Assembly (NCBI RefSeq): GCF_006345805.1
Contig: NW_021824668.1
Span: 1-36,487 of the forward strand
Source: Octopus sinensis
Lineage: Eukaryota
DNA: 36,487 bases
Direction: 5' to 3'
Program-made: the position numbers and the translations under genes
Notes under the pieces: model-generated
Told to the model about the DNA's origin: nothing
Seen by the model: the letters and a program-made list of their open reading frames with translations, nothing else
Database searches by the model: none
Shown here: positions 11,008 to 22,486 of the stretch, one piece after another
How the letters are laid out: every line of letters begins with the position of its first letter
Numbering within the stretch: the stretch's first letter is position 1

Positions 11008-11370
11008 TTACTCTTTTACTTGTTTCAGTCATTTGACTGCAGCCATGCGGGAGCACCACCTTAATTTGTTTTAGTTGAAGAAATTGAGCCCAGGACTTAT
11101 TCTTTGTAAGCAGAGTATGTATTCTATCAGTCTCTTTTGCTGTACTGCTAAATTACAGGGATACAAACACACCAGCATCGGTTATCAAGTGATGGTGAGG
11201 ACACACACACACGTCAGGCTTCTTTCAGTTTCTGTCTACCAAATTTACTCACAAGGCTTTGGTCGGCCCAAGGCTATAGTAGAAGACACTTGCCCAAGGT
11301 ACCACACAGTGGGACATAACCTGGAACCGTGTGGTTGGGATGCAATCTTCTTAACACACAGCCACACCTG
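11008..11370 (-). mobile_element. SINE-A copy nested in a MITE
   Basis: Homology to SINE-A. Confidence 0.82.
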
Positions 11371-11544
11371 ATTGTTTTGAATTAATTTTGCATTATCTCA
11401 TAGCTTCAAAACTTCAATGATGTACTTATTTACAGTCCTTATTTATTGGTCCTTTGTAGCAGACAAAGGACCAAAATGCCTGGTACCTTGCAATACTTAA
11501 GAAGACCCATACTCCACAGTAAAAGTATTAAGGCCACTTCCCAC

Positions 11545-11806
11545 TAAAAAGGATTGGCCGGCAAGAGTCTTGTGTTGGTGCCACATGAAAAGCACTCATG
11601 CGGCTGCCACATAAACAGTTCATGCAGTGCCATATAAAAGCACCCAGTACATTCTGTAAAGTGGTTGGCATCTGGAAGGGTACCTAGCTGCCAAATCAGA
11701 CTGGAGCCCGGTGAGCTCTCCAGCTTGTCAGCTCTGACCAAACCAGCCAACCCATGCCAGCATGGACAATGAATGTTAAATGATGATGATGATTATGATG
11801 ATGATG
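11545..11806 (+). mobile_element. Old RTE-type 3' UTR fragment with (GAT)n tail
   Basis: Decayed GGAAGGG motif, ACCCATGCCAGCATGG and (GAT)n. Confidence 0.7.
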
Positions 11807-12204
11807 TAGTGTAGGTGTGAGAGACTGGATCTGACTAGTTTGAAAATAAAACAATATTTGAGCCAGACATGGCCAATTTAAATGTTAAAGTGTTAAGTCA
11901 TTACTAAGCTTGCTGGTGGCTTTCTTGTAGCATTACTTTCATGTTCTGTATGTTGTGAACTATGTTCATGGAAAGTTGGGAATATTTGGCCTACATAACA
12001 TTTTCTAATTAAATAAATACCCTAATTGACATAATTGGTTAATGAGCTCTCACACATTCACTGCATGGCACTTTGGGTAGGTGTCTTCCGCTATAGCCCC
12101 GAGCCGACCGGAGCTTTGTGATTGAATTCGGTAGGTGGAAGTTACTGCCGTGTGTGTGTATGTGTGCATATAGCTGCTCAGTGCCTCTCCGAAAGAGAGA
12201 GAGG

Positions 12205-12231
<27 letters not shown>

Positions 12232-12237
<6 letters not shown>

Positions 12238-12579
12238 AAAAAGCACCATCCGATCGTGGCCGTTGCCAGCCTTGCCTGGCCTCCATGCCGGTGGCACGTA
12301 AAAAGCACCATCCAATCGTGGCCATTTGCCAACCTCGCCTGGCCTCCGTGCCGGTGGCACGTAAAAAGCACCATCCGACCGTGGCTGTTTGCCAGCCTCG
12401 TCTGGCACGTAAAAAGCACCCACTACACTCATGGAGTGGTTGGCGTTAGGAAGGGCATCCAGCCATAGAAACATTGCCAGATCAGACTGGGCCTGGTGCA
12501 GCCTTCTGGCTTCCCAGACCCCAGTTGCACCGTCCAACCCATGCCAGCATAGAAAGCGGACGCTAAACGATGATGATGA

Positions 12580-12582
<3 letters not shown>
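12232..12582 (+). mobile_element. RTE 3' UTR fragment with three tandem units, inside (TA)n
   Basis: Units of 62, 63 and 48 bp starting at CACGTAAAAAGCACC; (TA)n at 12207-12231 and 12583-12617. Confidence 0.85.
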
Positions 12583-12617
<35 letters not shown>

Positions 12618-12619
<2 letters not shown>

Positions 12620-13427
12620 AGAAGGTACACAAAAGTAACCAGAAACATTCTCTGTGGGACAAGCCCATTGATGTGACCCTCAGGCGTCAGTCTGCTGACC
12701 AGCAGCATCAGGTCAAGTTATTCTGCCATGTGGTGCATCTTTGTTTTGCAGTGCTTCTCCCCTGTTCGTCAATTTTTGCAATGGCTGAAACGAAGGAACC
12801 ACATGATTCTGTGAAATTCTGTTTCCTGCTGGGGAAAAAGTTTGCGAGTGGTTTTAACGCTTTAGGAATGGTCACTTGTCACTTGAAGACCAACCTTGTT
12901 CGAGCAATTGTCAACCTCCCGAACGAATGGAAACATTGCAAAAATTCATGAACTGACTTTAGAGGAATGTTGCCGAACAATCGATGAACTGGTTAATATG
13001 ACTGGTATGTCCTGGAGCTCCTGCCAACGAATTTTGGGTAAGGAATTACAAATGAAAAGAGTTGCAGCAAAATTTGTGTCTCGCTTACTACACGAAGATC
13101 AAAAGCAGTCACAACTGAATGAGTGTTGTACACTGAAAGAACAGTTGGAAGTTGATCCAGACCATTTTTTGGAAAGTGATCACTGGTGATGAATGCTTGT
13201 GCTAAGGAATTTACAGATGTGGAAGAGGTGAAGAAAAACATGAGAGAGGTATTAAAAGGTATCACTTCGTAAGAGTTCCAGGGCTGCTTCAAACAATGGA
13301 AAATGCATCTAGACCAATGCATTGCTTCAGATGGAGAATATTTTGAAGGAGATAGATGTGTAAACATATGAAACAAAGTGAATAAACTGATACTGTAAAT
13401 TTCTGGTTTCTTTTAAGTACCCCCTCG
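12618..13427 (+). mobile_element. Internally deleted mariner (probably irritans-type) with TIRs and TA target duplication
   Basis: Termini including TA: TACAAGAAGGTACACAAAAGTAACCAGAAA vs reverse complement TACGAGGGGGTACTTAAAAGAAACCAGAAA (24/30). Transposase remnants: VKFCFLLGK, RTIDELV...MKRVAAKFVSRLL, ITGDE, and C-terminal QCIASDGEYFEGD; most of the catalytic core is deleted. Confidence 0.88.
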
Positions 13428-13437
13428 TATATATAGC

Positions 13438-13630
13438 TATTTCTTTACTACCCACAAGGGGCTAAACACAGAAAGGACAAACAAGGACAGACAAACAGAT
13501 TAAGTCAATTATATCGACCCCAGTGCGTATCGACCCCGAAAGGATGAAAGGCAAAGTCGACCTCGGCAGAATTTGAACTCAGAACGTAACGGCAGACGAA
13601 AAACAGCTACGCATTTCGCCTGGCGTGTTA
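13438..13630 (-). mobile_element. SINE-B1 copy with a 16-bp internal deletion
   Basis: Homology to 22079-22312; AACTGGTACTTAATTT is missing. Confidence 0.85.
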
Positions 13631-13829
13631 ACGTTTCTGCCACTTCACCTTACAGTCAAACAGACTTGTATGGATTCTTTGTCAATTTTCATGAATACTG
13701 ATTGTGAATGCAGTTAAGCATTCCACAGACATAAATATCCTCGATGAATTAATTGTCACAGAATCAATATGATGCTGTGTGACAAGGCTGGCCCATTGAA
13801 TTTACAGGTAAGGTTCATACAACATCTCC

Positions 13830-16800
13830 ACGCAGTTTTCATCAACTTATGGACAAATCTGGAGATTTGTCAAGACTGCTGAAACGTGGAAGAGAGATAC
13901 CAGCTGGTCTGAGTGCTCTCTACCCACAATAACTAAAAAGACTACAGCAACTCAGGGAAACTAAGCCAGAACAACCTGCCATCCTCTACACACCATCATA
14001 AACTGCGAGCAGGGTACAAATTGTTGTCCTTAAATGCTCGCAGTTTATGCAACAAAATACATTTGTTCAATGCCTACGTCAGAAGCATTGACCCTGACTT
14101 CATCACTGTCACGGAAACATGGGCGCATTCCTTACTCTGTGATGGGGTTTTCAACATTACGGGGTACAACCTCTTCCGTAAGGACCGCACTAACCGCCGT
14201 GGTGGTGGTGTGATGGTCTACGTTCGTTCAAATTTTTTGGTAATTCCTTGTGCCGATTTGAACGAATCACAAGAAGAAGTTTTTTTCTGTGACGTACGTA
14301 TGACCATGTCAACACTCCTGCTTGGCGTTGTTTATCGTCCCCCAAATTACCATCAGGACACACAGCTTTGCGATATCCTCCGAGCTGCTGCCAGGAAAAC
14401 AGCCACTTATGTGTTTATTGCAGGCGATTTCAATCATCCTGAGATCGATTGGGAAACCTTCCATTGGCTACAGAGTGCAAACGATTTTGTTGAGCTTGTG
14501 CTGGACTCAAACTGGTCACAAGTAGTCACCTCTCCAACAAGAGGCGACAACACCTTGGACCTGCTCTTCACCACAACTCCTGAAGCGGTTATCAATTGCA
14601 CTACGGAGGAACCTCTAGGTGACTCTGATCATGCTATGATCATCGCCAATCTGGCTCTTGCGGGCAACAAAAACCTGAACCATCTCCAATCTGCTTCCTT
14701 CGATTGGAAGAAGAGCAGATTGGAACCTGTACCACACTGAACTACAGCACCCAAACTGGCGTGAATTCTACAACTCTGGAGATGTGAATACTATACTCCA
14801 GAGTATCCTGGACTCAATATGGGCTGCATGTGCAGCATCAGTGCCACGTAAACAAAAAAAGAAGAACCGCCCCAAAAGGGCAATTTGGGAAACTTCAGCG
14901 GTCCGACTTGCCAGGAAGGAACGTCGGACTGCTGAACGGGAATACAAGTTGCATAAATCAGACACCAACAGGAAGAAGCGGAATAAATCCTCCAACCATC
15001 TCAAGCAAGTGACAAAAAAAACAGTGCTTGAATTTGAACAGTGCATAGCAACCAATCCTGACAGCAAGGTTTTCTGGAAATATGTGCATTCAAAGCAGAG
15101 ACCTCACTCTCCAGTGGGCCCTCTTCGCAGCCCTCACACAAACCAGATCACTGACGACCCCAAGGAATGCGCAGAACTCATTGCCGAGTGCTATGCAAAC
15201 ATATTCACTGTTGAAAGTCAAAATGTACCATCTTCACCATCACTAACAGCAAACTCCATAACAACTATGGAATTTACACCTGCAATGCTGCAACGTCACC
15301 TTCAAAATAAGCGCAACTATGCCTCCCCTGGTCTCGATGGAGTTACATACCTGCTTCTCAAACGTGGCAGGCACTTCCTTTTACACCAGCTTTCTATTTT
15401 CTTCCAGTACTGTCTCAACAATGGTGCTACTCCGGAGCAGTGGAAAACTGCCAGTGTCATTCCTCTGTTCAAAAAGGGCGACTGCACATCACCTGTCAAC
15501 TATCGCCCAGTCAGTCTCACTAGCTGTATTGCAAAACTGATGGAATCGTGTGTCAGAGAAACACTCTGGAACTTCTGGAGCTCTCACAGTCTCATCCGAC
15601 CCTCACAATATGGATTTGTCCCTAACTCCAGCTGCAGTGACCAGCTTGTCGAGTTCCTTGAGGACATTACTCAGATCACTGACAGTGGCTCATGGGTGGA
15701 TGTTGTCTACCTTGACTTTGCTAAGGCTTTCAACTCTGTGCCACACAAAAGGCTTATGGTGAAACTCTCTGCAATGGGTGTGGGGGATGACCTTTTTAAC
15801 TGGTTGAAATCCTTCATCCTCAGCCGAAAGGAGGTAGTCACAGTTCTAGGACAGCACTCTACACCATATGAGATGTCATCGGGTGTACCACAGGGATCTG
15901 TCCTTGGTCCCCTCTTGTTTGTGGCATACATTAATGACATAGATGCCAATTTAAAGAATGCCACAGTATTGAAATATGCAGACAACATCAAGCTGTACCT
16001 TGAAATCAAGAGGACTGATCCTGATGTCTACAACTCTTTCCTGCAATCAGACCTAGACACAATGCAGCAATGGATCACAGACTGGCAACTGAAACTGGCT
16101 GTGGACAAGTGTACCACCATGCATTTTGGGAGAAAAAACCCTGCGTCCACAACACTGATATCAAGAAATCCTCTTGCGAGCGTGACCTAGGCATCACTGT
16201 CAGCAGTGATTTGCGTTGGACAAAGCATATCTCTAAAATTGTCAAGAAGGCCGAGGGTGCCTTGGCATCACTCAGCAAGACTTTTGTTAGCCGCTCTCCA
16301 GCCATCTATTTAAAACTGTATACAGCTATGGTACGACCACACTTGGAATTCGCATCATCAGTTTGGAACCCCTATCTTGCTCAGAACATTGACCTCCTGG
16401 AATCTGTCCAGAGACGTGCAACCAAACGCATACCCTCCATCAGACACCTACCATATTCTGAGCGCCTTGTTTCCCTGGGCATGGATTCACTGAAGCTCCG
16501 GCGTCTGGCGACGGACTTGGTAAACACCAACAAAGTTATCAACCACCTCACCAACAACAACACTGAACACCTTTTTGATCTCCATGTGTCTAACACACGT
16601 GGACATGCCTACAAAGTCAGAAAACAACACAGCTCCCATGACTTTTGGAAACATTTTTTCACGCTCAGAGTTGCTGAAGCATGGAATAAACTGCCTGCGT
16701 CAGTTGTTGACTGCCATGACACTGCATCCTTTAAGGTCCTCATGCTTTCCGAAATCCGCCGAAACTACACCTGATTATATATACACTTTAGATGAGTTGT

Positions 16801-16844
16801 AGTGCACCTGAGCACTGTACACAATTATTATTATTATTATTATT
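13830..16844 (+). mobile_element. Near-complete CR1-group LINE (family CR1-2): probable ORF1 end, ORF2, 3' stem-loop and (ATT)n tail
   Basis: Endonuclease and RT motifs (next feature); hairpin AGTGC-acctga-GCACT at 16801-16816; (ATT)n at ~16823-16844; a short frame ending ...TQGN* overlaps the ORF2 start. Confidence 0.92.
14021..16774 (+). pseudogene. LINE ORF2 (APE endonuclease + reverse transcriptase), inactivated
   Basis: LNARS, ITETW, GGGV, VYRPP, AGDFNHP, LDLLFT, SDHAMI (endonuclease); NYRPVSL, YLDFAKAFNSV, GVPQGSVLGPLLF (RT). Two frameshifts (~14740-14784 and ~16150), and the catalytic motif reads YADN instead of YADD. Confidence 0.92.
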
Positions 16845-17169
16845 TTCACTCACATCTTTTGAATTACCCTAAAGATATACAAAATACTTGATTGCAGTGC
16901 TATGCAGTGGAATGAACTCCGAACCTTACAATTTAGAAGCGAACTTGTTAACTATTCAACCATGGACAGACCAATGCACACACTACATCTCCACAATGGA
17001 ACTTCTAGATAGTTACATGACTTGCTAGAAATAGCAGTCAAATATCTCTCTAATCACACCCTTTTTAAAAAAAGGAAGGATTCATGAGACAGTCTTAAAA
17101 AGATTGGATACACAGAGTGCTTTAGCATAAAATCTGCTTAATTACAGTTGATCTAAGCTGGTAGCTGAA

Positions 17170-17455
17170 GGATGGATATTATCTACCTTCATTTCACTAA
17201 AGCTTTTAATTCTGTATCACACAAACAACATGGTGAACTACACTGCAGTAGGTAGAAAGGTTAAACTTTACAACTGATTGAAATCCATCATTCTTGCTTG
17301 AAAAGAAACAGTCATGGTACCAGGACAAAACTTTGCACCCTATGTGATGAAATCTAGTGTCCCACAGGGATCTATTTTTGGTCTCCTGTTGTTTGTTGTA
17401 TATATTAATGAAACAGACACATCCCAAAACTTGTCTATACAAATAACAAACTCTT
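17170..17455 (+). mobile_element. Decayed RT fragment of CR1-2 type
   Basis: Manual translation: DIIYLHFTKAFNSVSHK...SSVPQGSIFGLLLFVVYINE, colinear with 15700-15950. Confidence 0.75.
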
Positions 17456-17479
17456 TAATCTCTCACCCCATATGGTGAT

Positions 17480-17692
17480 GATCATCATCATTTAACGTCC
17501 GCTTTCCATGCTAGCATGGGTTGGACGATTTGACTGAGGACTGGCAAACCAGATGGTTGCACCAGGCTCCAATCTGATCTGGCAGAGTTTCTACAGCTAG
17601 ATGCCCTTCCTAATGCCAACCACTCCGAGAGTGTAGTGGGTGCTTTTACGTGCCACCACCATGAGGGCCAGTCTGGTGGTACTGGCAACGGA
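17480..17692 (-). mobile_element. RTE-type 3' UTR fragment
   Basis: (TCA)n, CCATGCTAGCATGG and GATGCCCTTCC. Confidence 0.82.
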
Positions 17693-17764
17693 TATATCTT
17701 GATATTTGGAAACATGCTTCAATGTACCCTATTCAAAAAAAAAAAAAAACAGAGGCAAGTGCTC

Positions 17765-19010
17765 TGGTCCAGACAACAATCATTCTATTGCACTTATTCC
17801 TAACATCAAAAAGGTAGTAGAAACAGATATTAAAAAGGATAAACTCTAATACCTTGAATTAGTCTCTCACAATGACCACCAGTTCAGCTTTGGCAGAGCC
17901 AGATTCACAGGAGACCTACTTTCTTATGTCACTTACCAGTGAGCTCACACTTAAGATAGGTTTGATTAAATAAATGTCATTGCCATACACATCATCAGAG
18001 CTTTGACTGTGTATGTCATGCAAATCTCCCATGAAAACTTCCCACATAAGAGCTCTATCCATCTTAGATTTTTTGGATCAGTAATTTCCTATCAGAGCTC
18101 ATGGCATCACAGCATTTGATCAGAGACATCTTTTTGTATCACTCTCAATCAGTTCTGGTATTTCCCAGGGTTCTGTTCTAACCTCACTCTCTTCCTCCTG
18201 CACATCAATGATCTACATGCTGTTAGCCCACAATGCCCACTTTTACACAAGTGATAAGACCTTTCACTCCTACTTGACATCCTCCAACTAAGCATCAACC
18301 ACATACAATTTAGACAAAGCACACCAAATCTGCTTTCAGAAATAGAGTCCTCAAAGGCATCCACTGATGGAATCATGTCAATAACTTTTAAAAAAATCTA
18401 TCTGAATTCACATCAACAAAATACCATTGCACTACACACATACACACCAAACATGAGTATCACTCAGCTAGAGTTTTCACAGCCAGGACCACAAAGACAT
18501 TCATAACATAACCAAGACTGCAAGGAATCCAAAGCATAGCTAGGGCCACAGGCACATCCCTAATGTTGTCAGAACCAAAGACTGGCCGTTCTCATCAGGG
18601 CCACAAAATACTTCATCCTCAAATAATTGCTGAAGTTCTCCAAAACTCAGGTAGAACCCCACAATGAAGTTTGGCTCCCACATTTGGGACAATACCTCAC
18701 ACACACACAGATTGATTAGCTTTAAAAAAATAATCACCCAGACATATTCCAGCTTATGGCCCATTGACAGCCAGTCTCTTTTAAATGTCTTTTTTACTGC
18801 TTCTATAACAGCCTCTGTTCCTCAGAGTTGCATGCTTTTGAACCTCCTTCATTCAAGTAACACACTCTTATTGTGTCCAAAACCCCAGGCTTCAAACTAA
18901 TCATTATTCCATTCCTTCACAACCCACTAGAATCTTCTCCCTGCTCATGTCTTTCCCATAGACTTCAATTTGCAACAGTTTAAATGGAGCAATTACAGCA
19001 TTGATCTTGC
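17765..19010 (+). mobile_element. Heavily decayed CR1-group LINE RT and C-terminus (family CR1-3)
   Basis: Manual translation across frameshifts: SGISQGSVL/TLFLLHINDL, PTMKFGSHIWD, FYNSLCSSEL, LPAHVFP*DFNLQQFK. Confidence 0.7.
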
Positions 19011-19399
19011 CAGTCTTGGAGGGCCTGCAAAGGCCATTGGTACTACTCTTCCTCCAAACTCAGCAAGTAAAATATGAAATAAATATATACAATTACACAC
19101 ACACACACAAATATACATATGTTGCAAATTAGCTGTTGCCAAGCCTCATGATGACGAAAATGTTATCATTCTTTGCCCTCTTTCCAGTGCACCACTCCTT
19201 CACATGTGCCAACTAACAAAAGAAAGATGGTGTTATCTCCTTCAAATCATACCCTACCATCTTAAAAAAGAAAGGAGACCTAAGATGAGATTTTAGAGAA
19301 ATAATGTTTCAACAGAAGAGATGGACACAACCAGAATGTTTTTGATCATAGGTCTGCTCAGTTGGGGCTAACTTTTGGCTAACAAGGGATCCCCTACAC

Positions 19400-20300
19400 T
19401 GTCACTCAATCTGCACATGTAACCAGGATCAACTGATCCAGTACCAACCAGTAAATCCACAGCACCATAAACAGAAGTCAAAGATGCCTGGTAATTACAG
19501 GCATCTGAGAAAGCGATCATCAACCAATCATGATTTCAATAGCAGACACCAGCAACATGAGGACCACTTATTGATTTAAGATCCATCGTGATTGTTCTAG
19601 TCCAAGTCTTCAGCTGACCACCTCATGGATGAATTTGTACTGGGGACAACGGAATGCATTACCAAAGCAAAGAAGATGCATTTTGTGCAAGGGTTGTTGA
19701 GGGAAATCAATCCAACAACGACGGCAAATTTAAGAGTTTTACACAAAAATCAAAAGTGTGAGCATTGAGAATTCAATGAAAGTAAAAATGGTCAAATAAT
19801 TCCAGTTTTTGTAAATTGGCCACTCTCATTGATTGGGCTTTCAGCCACACAGCACGATGGTACTAAACAGCAGATGTGAATCTTTGTAGTTATGTCAATC
19901 TTCAACCTAAACAGGAGATGACTTTGAGGATGGTAGGATGCAGTACATACCTGATTGATGGAGACATCTATCTCATCTTTGCCCAGCTCTGTGTCAGTGA
20001 AGGTAGAAGAGCCAAAATATTTGAAGTGATAACCCTTTCCAGAATCTTGCCAATGTGGGTGTCAGAGACCTTTTCACTGGGTAAGATGCTAACATATATA
20101 ATCTCCGTCTTGGTTGTGTTGATTTTCAAGCCAACATGTACACATCGTAGAGTTTAATGACTGATTGGACATTCACATAGTTATTATAAACTATTGGAGA
20201 GTTTTGTGAACATAGTGAAGATCAGTGACAATTAAATCTCATCCCATAATGTCAACCAAGAAATCCTCTAGAGCAGGATTCACAATCCCTTCAATGACAT
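19400..20300 (-). mobile_element. Old RTE-clade LINE fragment of a second family (no PHD insert)
   Basis: Minus strand: GLKINTTKTEII, HFKYFGS, LQKLELFDH, GGQLKTWTRTITMDLKSISGPHV (GGQLKTW at 19622-19602), DWLMIAFSDA, TGSVDPG. Confidence 0.75.
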
Positions 20301-20613
20301 AGTTGGAATATTATTGCAGGTAGAACTCAGACCTGCTGGACATGAGCAAATTTTCAATATCAATCCACACATTGCTTTTCATTCAACCTGCTAAAAATAG
20401 CAGTAAAATCGCCTTCAAATCACGTCCATCTGTGACAAGAATAGAAAGGACTCATCGGATAATATCTAGAGAAAAAAAGACAGAATGATCAACGGTTGGA
20501 ACACTATTGGTTTTAAAGTTTGCTTGTTCAGGGGTGACAACAGTTACACCACACTTGGCATTCTGTACTAAAATATGGGAGAATAGGAAGAGCATCAGGA
20601 ACTAACTATTCAG

Positions 20614-20845
20614 TGGTGGTGGTGGTGGTGGTTGTGGTGGTAGTGGTAGATGTAGGATAATGGTATCAGTGATAAAGTTGATGTTGGGGAACTAACAATG
20701 ATGGTGGTAGAGGTGGTGATTATTTAGATGGTTTGTTAGTGACTACAGGTGTTGGTCAAGGTGATAATGTTGTTTGTAACAATAGTGGTGGCAGTAGCAG
20801 TGGAAGTGGTGAGGGGTGGTTGGTGATGGTAATGATGAGGTTGCT
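20614..20845. repeat. (GGT)n and degenerate trinucleotide low-complexity tract
   Basis: Read directly. Confidence 0.8.
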
Positions 20846-21154
20846 GGTCTTGATAAATGATTACATAGTTTTAAAGTTTACCCATATTTTTTTTTTGTTT
20901 TGAGGAAGAACAAAGAGAAACATTGAAAGGATAGGAAAGTCAATGTGGATTGATACCTTTTCCAGAGCTGTTTGCAACATGTTTACAATAATCATATAAA
21001 TCCACAACATGAAATGAGTTCAAATTTTCCATTATCCAAACAATAAACCATAAAACTAAATCAAGACAAAAAGTGCAAGTCATTTTATGCATGCCTCTTG
21101 TTCGTGGCACATCCATGCAATAGCACAAAGAACAAAATATGTAATTACTCTGAA

Positions 21155-21556
21155 GGCGCAGGAGTGGCTGTGTGGTAAGTAGCTTGCTAACCAACCACAT
21201 GGTTCCGGGTTCAGTCCCACTGCATGGCATCTTGGGCAAGTGTCTTCTGCTATAGCCCCGGGCCGACCAATGCCTTGTGAGTGGATTTGGCAGACGGAAA
21301 CTGAAAGAAGCCTGTCGTATATATGTATATATATATATATGTGTGTGTGTGTTTGTGTGTCTGTGTTTGTCCCCCTAGCATTGCTTGACAACCGATGCTG
21401 GTGTGTTTACATCCCCGTCACTTAGCGGTTTGGCAAAAGAGACCAATAGAATAAGTACTGGGCTTACAAAGAATAAGTCCCAGGGTCGATTTGCTCGACT
21501 AAAGGTGGTGCTCCAGCATGGCCGCAGTCAAATGACTGAAACAAGTAAAAGAGAGT
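21155..21556 (+). mobile_element. SINE-A, full length, young
   Basis: Starts GGCGCAGGAGTGGCTGTGTGG and ends GAAACAAGTAAAAGAGAG; near-identical to 34985-35395. Confidence 0.9.
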
Positions 21557-21581
21557 AACACAGTAAAATTACTCCAGCTAT

Positions 21582-21783
21582 CATCATCGTCATTTAATGT
21601 TCACTTTCCAAGATAGGATGGGTAGGTCAGTTTGACAGGGAATTGACAAGCTGCAGGGGTGTGTCAAGCTCTAATGTCAGCTTTGGTATGGTTTCTACAG
21701 CTGGATGCCCTTCCTAATGCCAACCACTGTACAGAGTGTATTGGGTGCTTTTTCCAGCCACCAGCACTAGTGAGGTTGTCATG
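21582..21783 (-). mobile_element. Old RTE-type 3' UTR fragment
   Basis: GCTGGATGCCCTTCCTAATGCCAACCAC and a (TCA)n remnant. Confidence 0.7.
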
Positions 21784-22078
21784 TAATTTGCAAGACAGAA
21801 AAAAACAGAGAAGGAGAAGAAAAAAGAAAGAAAAAAATCATGTTTGTCATACTTGTGCAGTTTCTAAATTATTTTGGACAATCTATTGAGAGTACATGTT
21901 GGAGTTGTACAACTCATTATGTTACTGTGAGAATAAGCTCAATTTAGAAGCATTGGTAGTATGAGAGGTGTTCGAGATTGAATATTATCAGCAACTGTAG
22001 TTAGAGAGATTAATGATGTTGACAGGTTAGAAACATTACTACACAGGACCACATGATCAAGCGGTAGTTCTACAGATA

Positions 22079-22312
22079 TAGGGCGGCAAACTGGCAGAAT
22101 CGTTAGCACGCAGGGCGAAATGCCTAGCGGTATTTCGTCTGCCGCTGCGTTCTGAGTTCAAATTCCGCCGAGGTCGACTTTGCCTTTCATCCTTTCGGGG
22201 TCGATAAATTAAGTACCAGTTACGCACTGGGGTCGATGTAATCGACTTAATCGCTTCGTCTGTCCTTGTTTGTCCCCTCTATGTTTGGCCCCTTGTGGGT
22301 AATAAAGAAACA
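22079..22312 (+). mobile_element. SINE-B1, full length, 16-bp TSD
   Basis: tRNA-like head with GAGTTCAAATTCC; TSD GGTAGTTCTACAGATA at 22063-22078 and 22313-22328. Confidence 0.9.
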
Positions 22313-22486
22313 GGTAGTTCTACAGATAGAGAAGCTGGTAATGTTGGCCCATTGATAACAATCATGATCAGCACTATTTGTTCATTTGAGGCTAACAGCT
22401 TTTACACCTTCATTATAAATCCAGGCTGTGTTTCAGCCAGCATGAAACACAGAAAATTTCACTATATTCTTCATATACTGTTCATA

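Larger units (their letters stand above)
10959..11896. mobile_element. piggyBac-like MITE split by a SINE-A and an RTE 3' fragment
   Basis: Pieces at ~10959-11003, 11371-11430 and 11810-11896 match, in the opposite orientation, the element at 27718-28156; ends CCTTTAG... and ...TTAAAGTG|TTAA. Confidence 0.55.

Noticed and set aside
12232-12420. Regularly spaced CACGTAAAAAGCACC repeats resembling a CRISPR array
   Set aside because: The intervening sequences are homologous to each other, and the block is an RTE 3' UTR.
14021-16774. Functional host or domesticated RT gene
   Set aside because: Two frameshifts, a YADN catalytic change and a LINE tail indicate a dead retrotransposon copy.
21155-21230. 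tRNA-like sequences with A and B boxes
   Set aside because: They are SINE heads continuing into SINE bodies and tails; no complete cloverleaf is evident.
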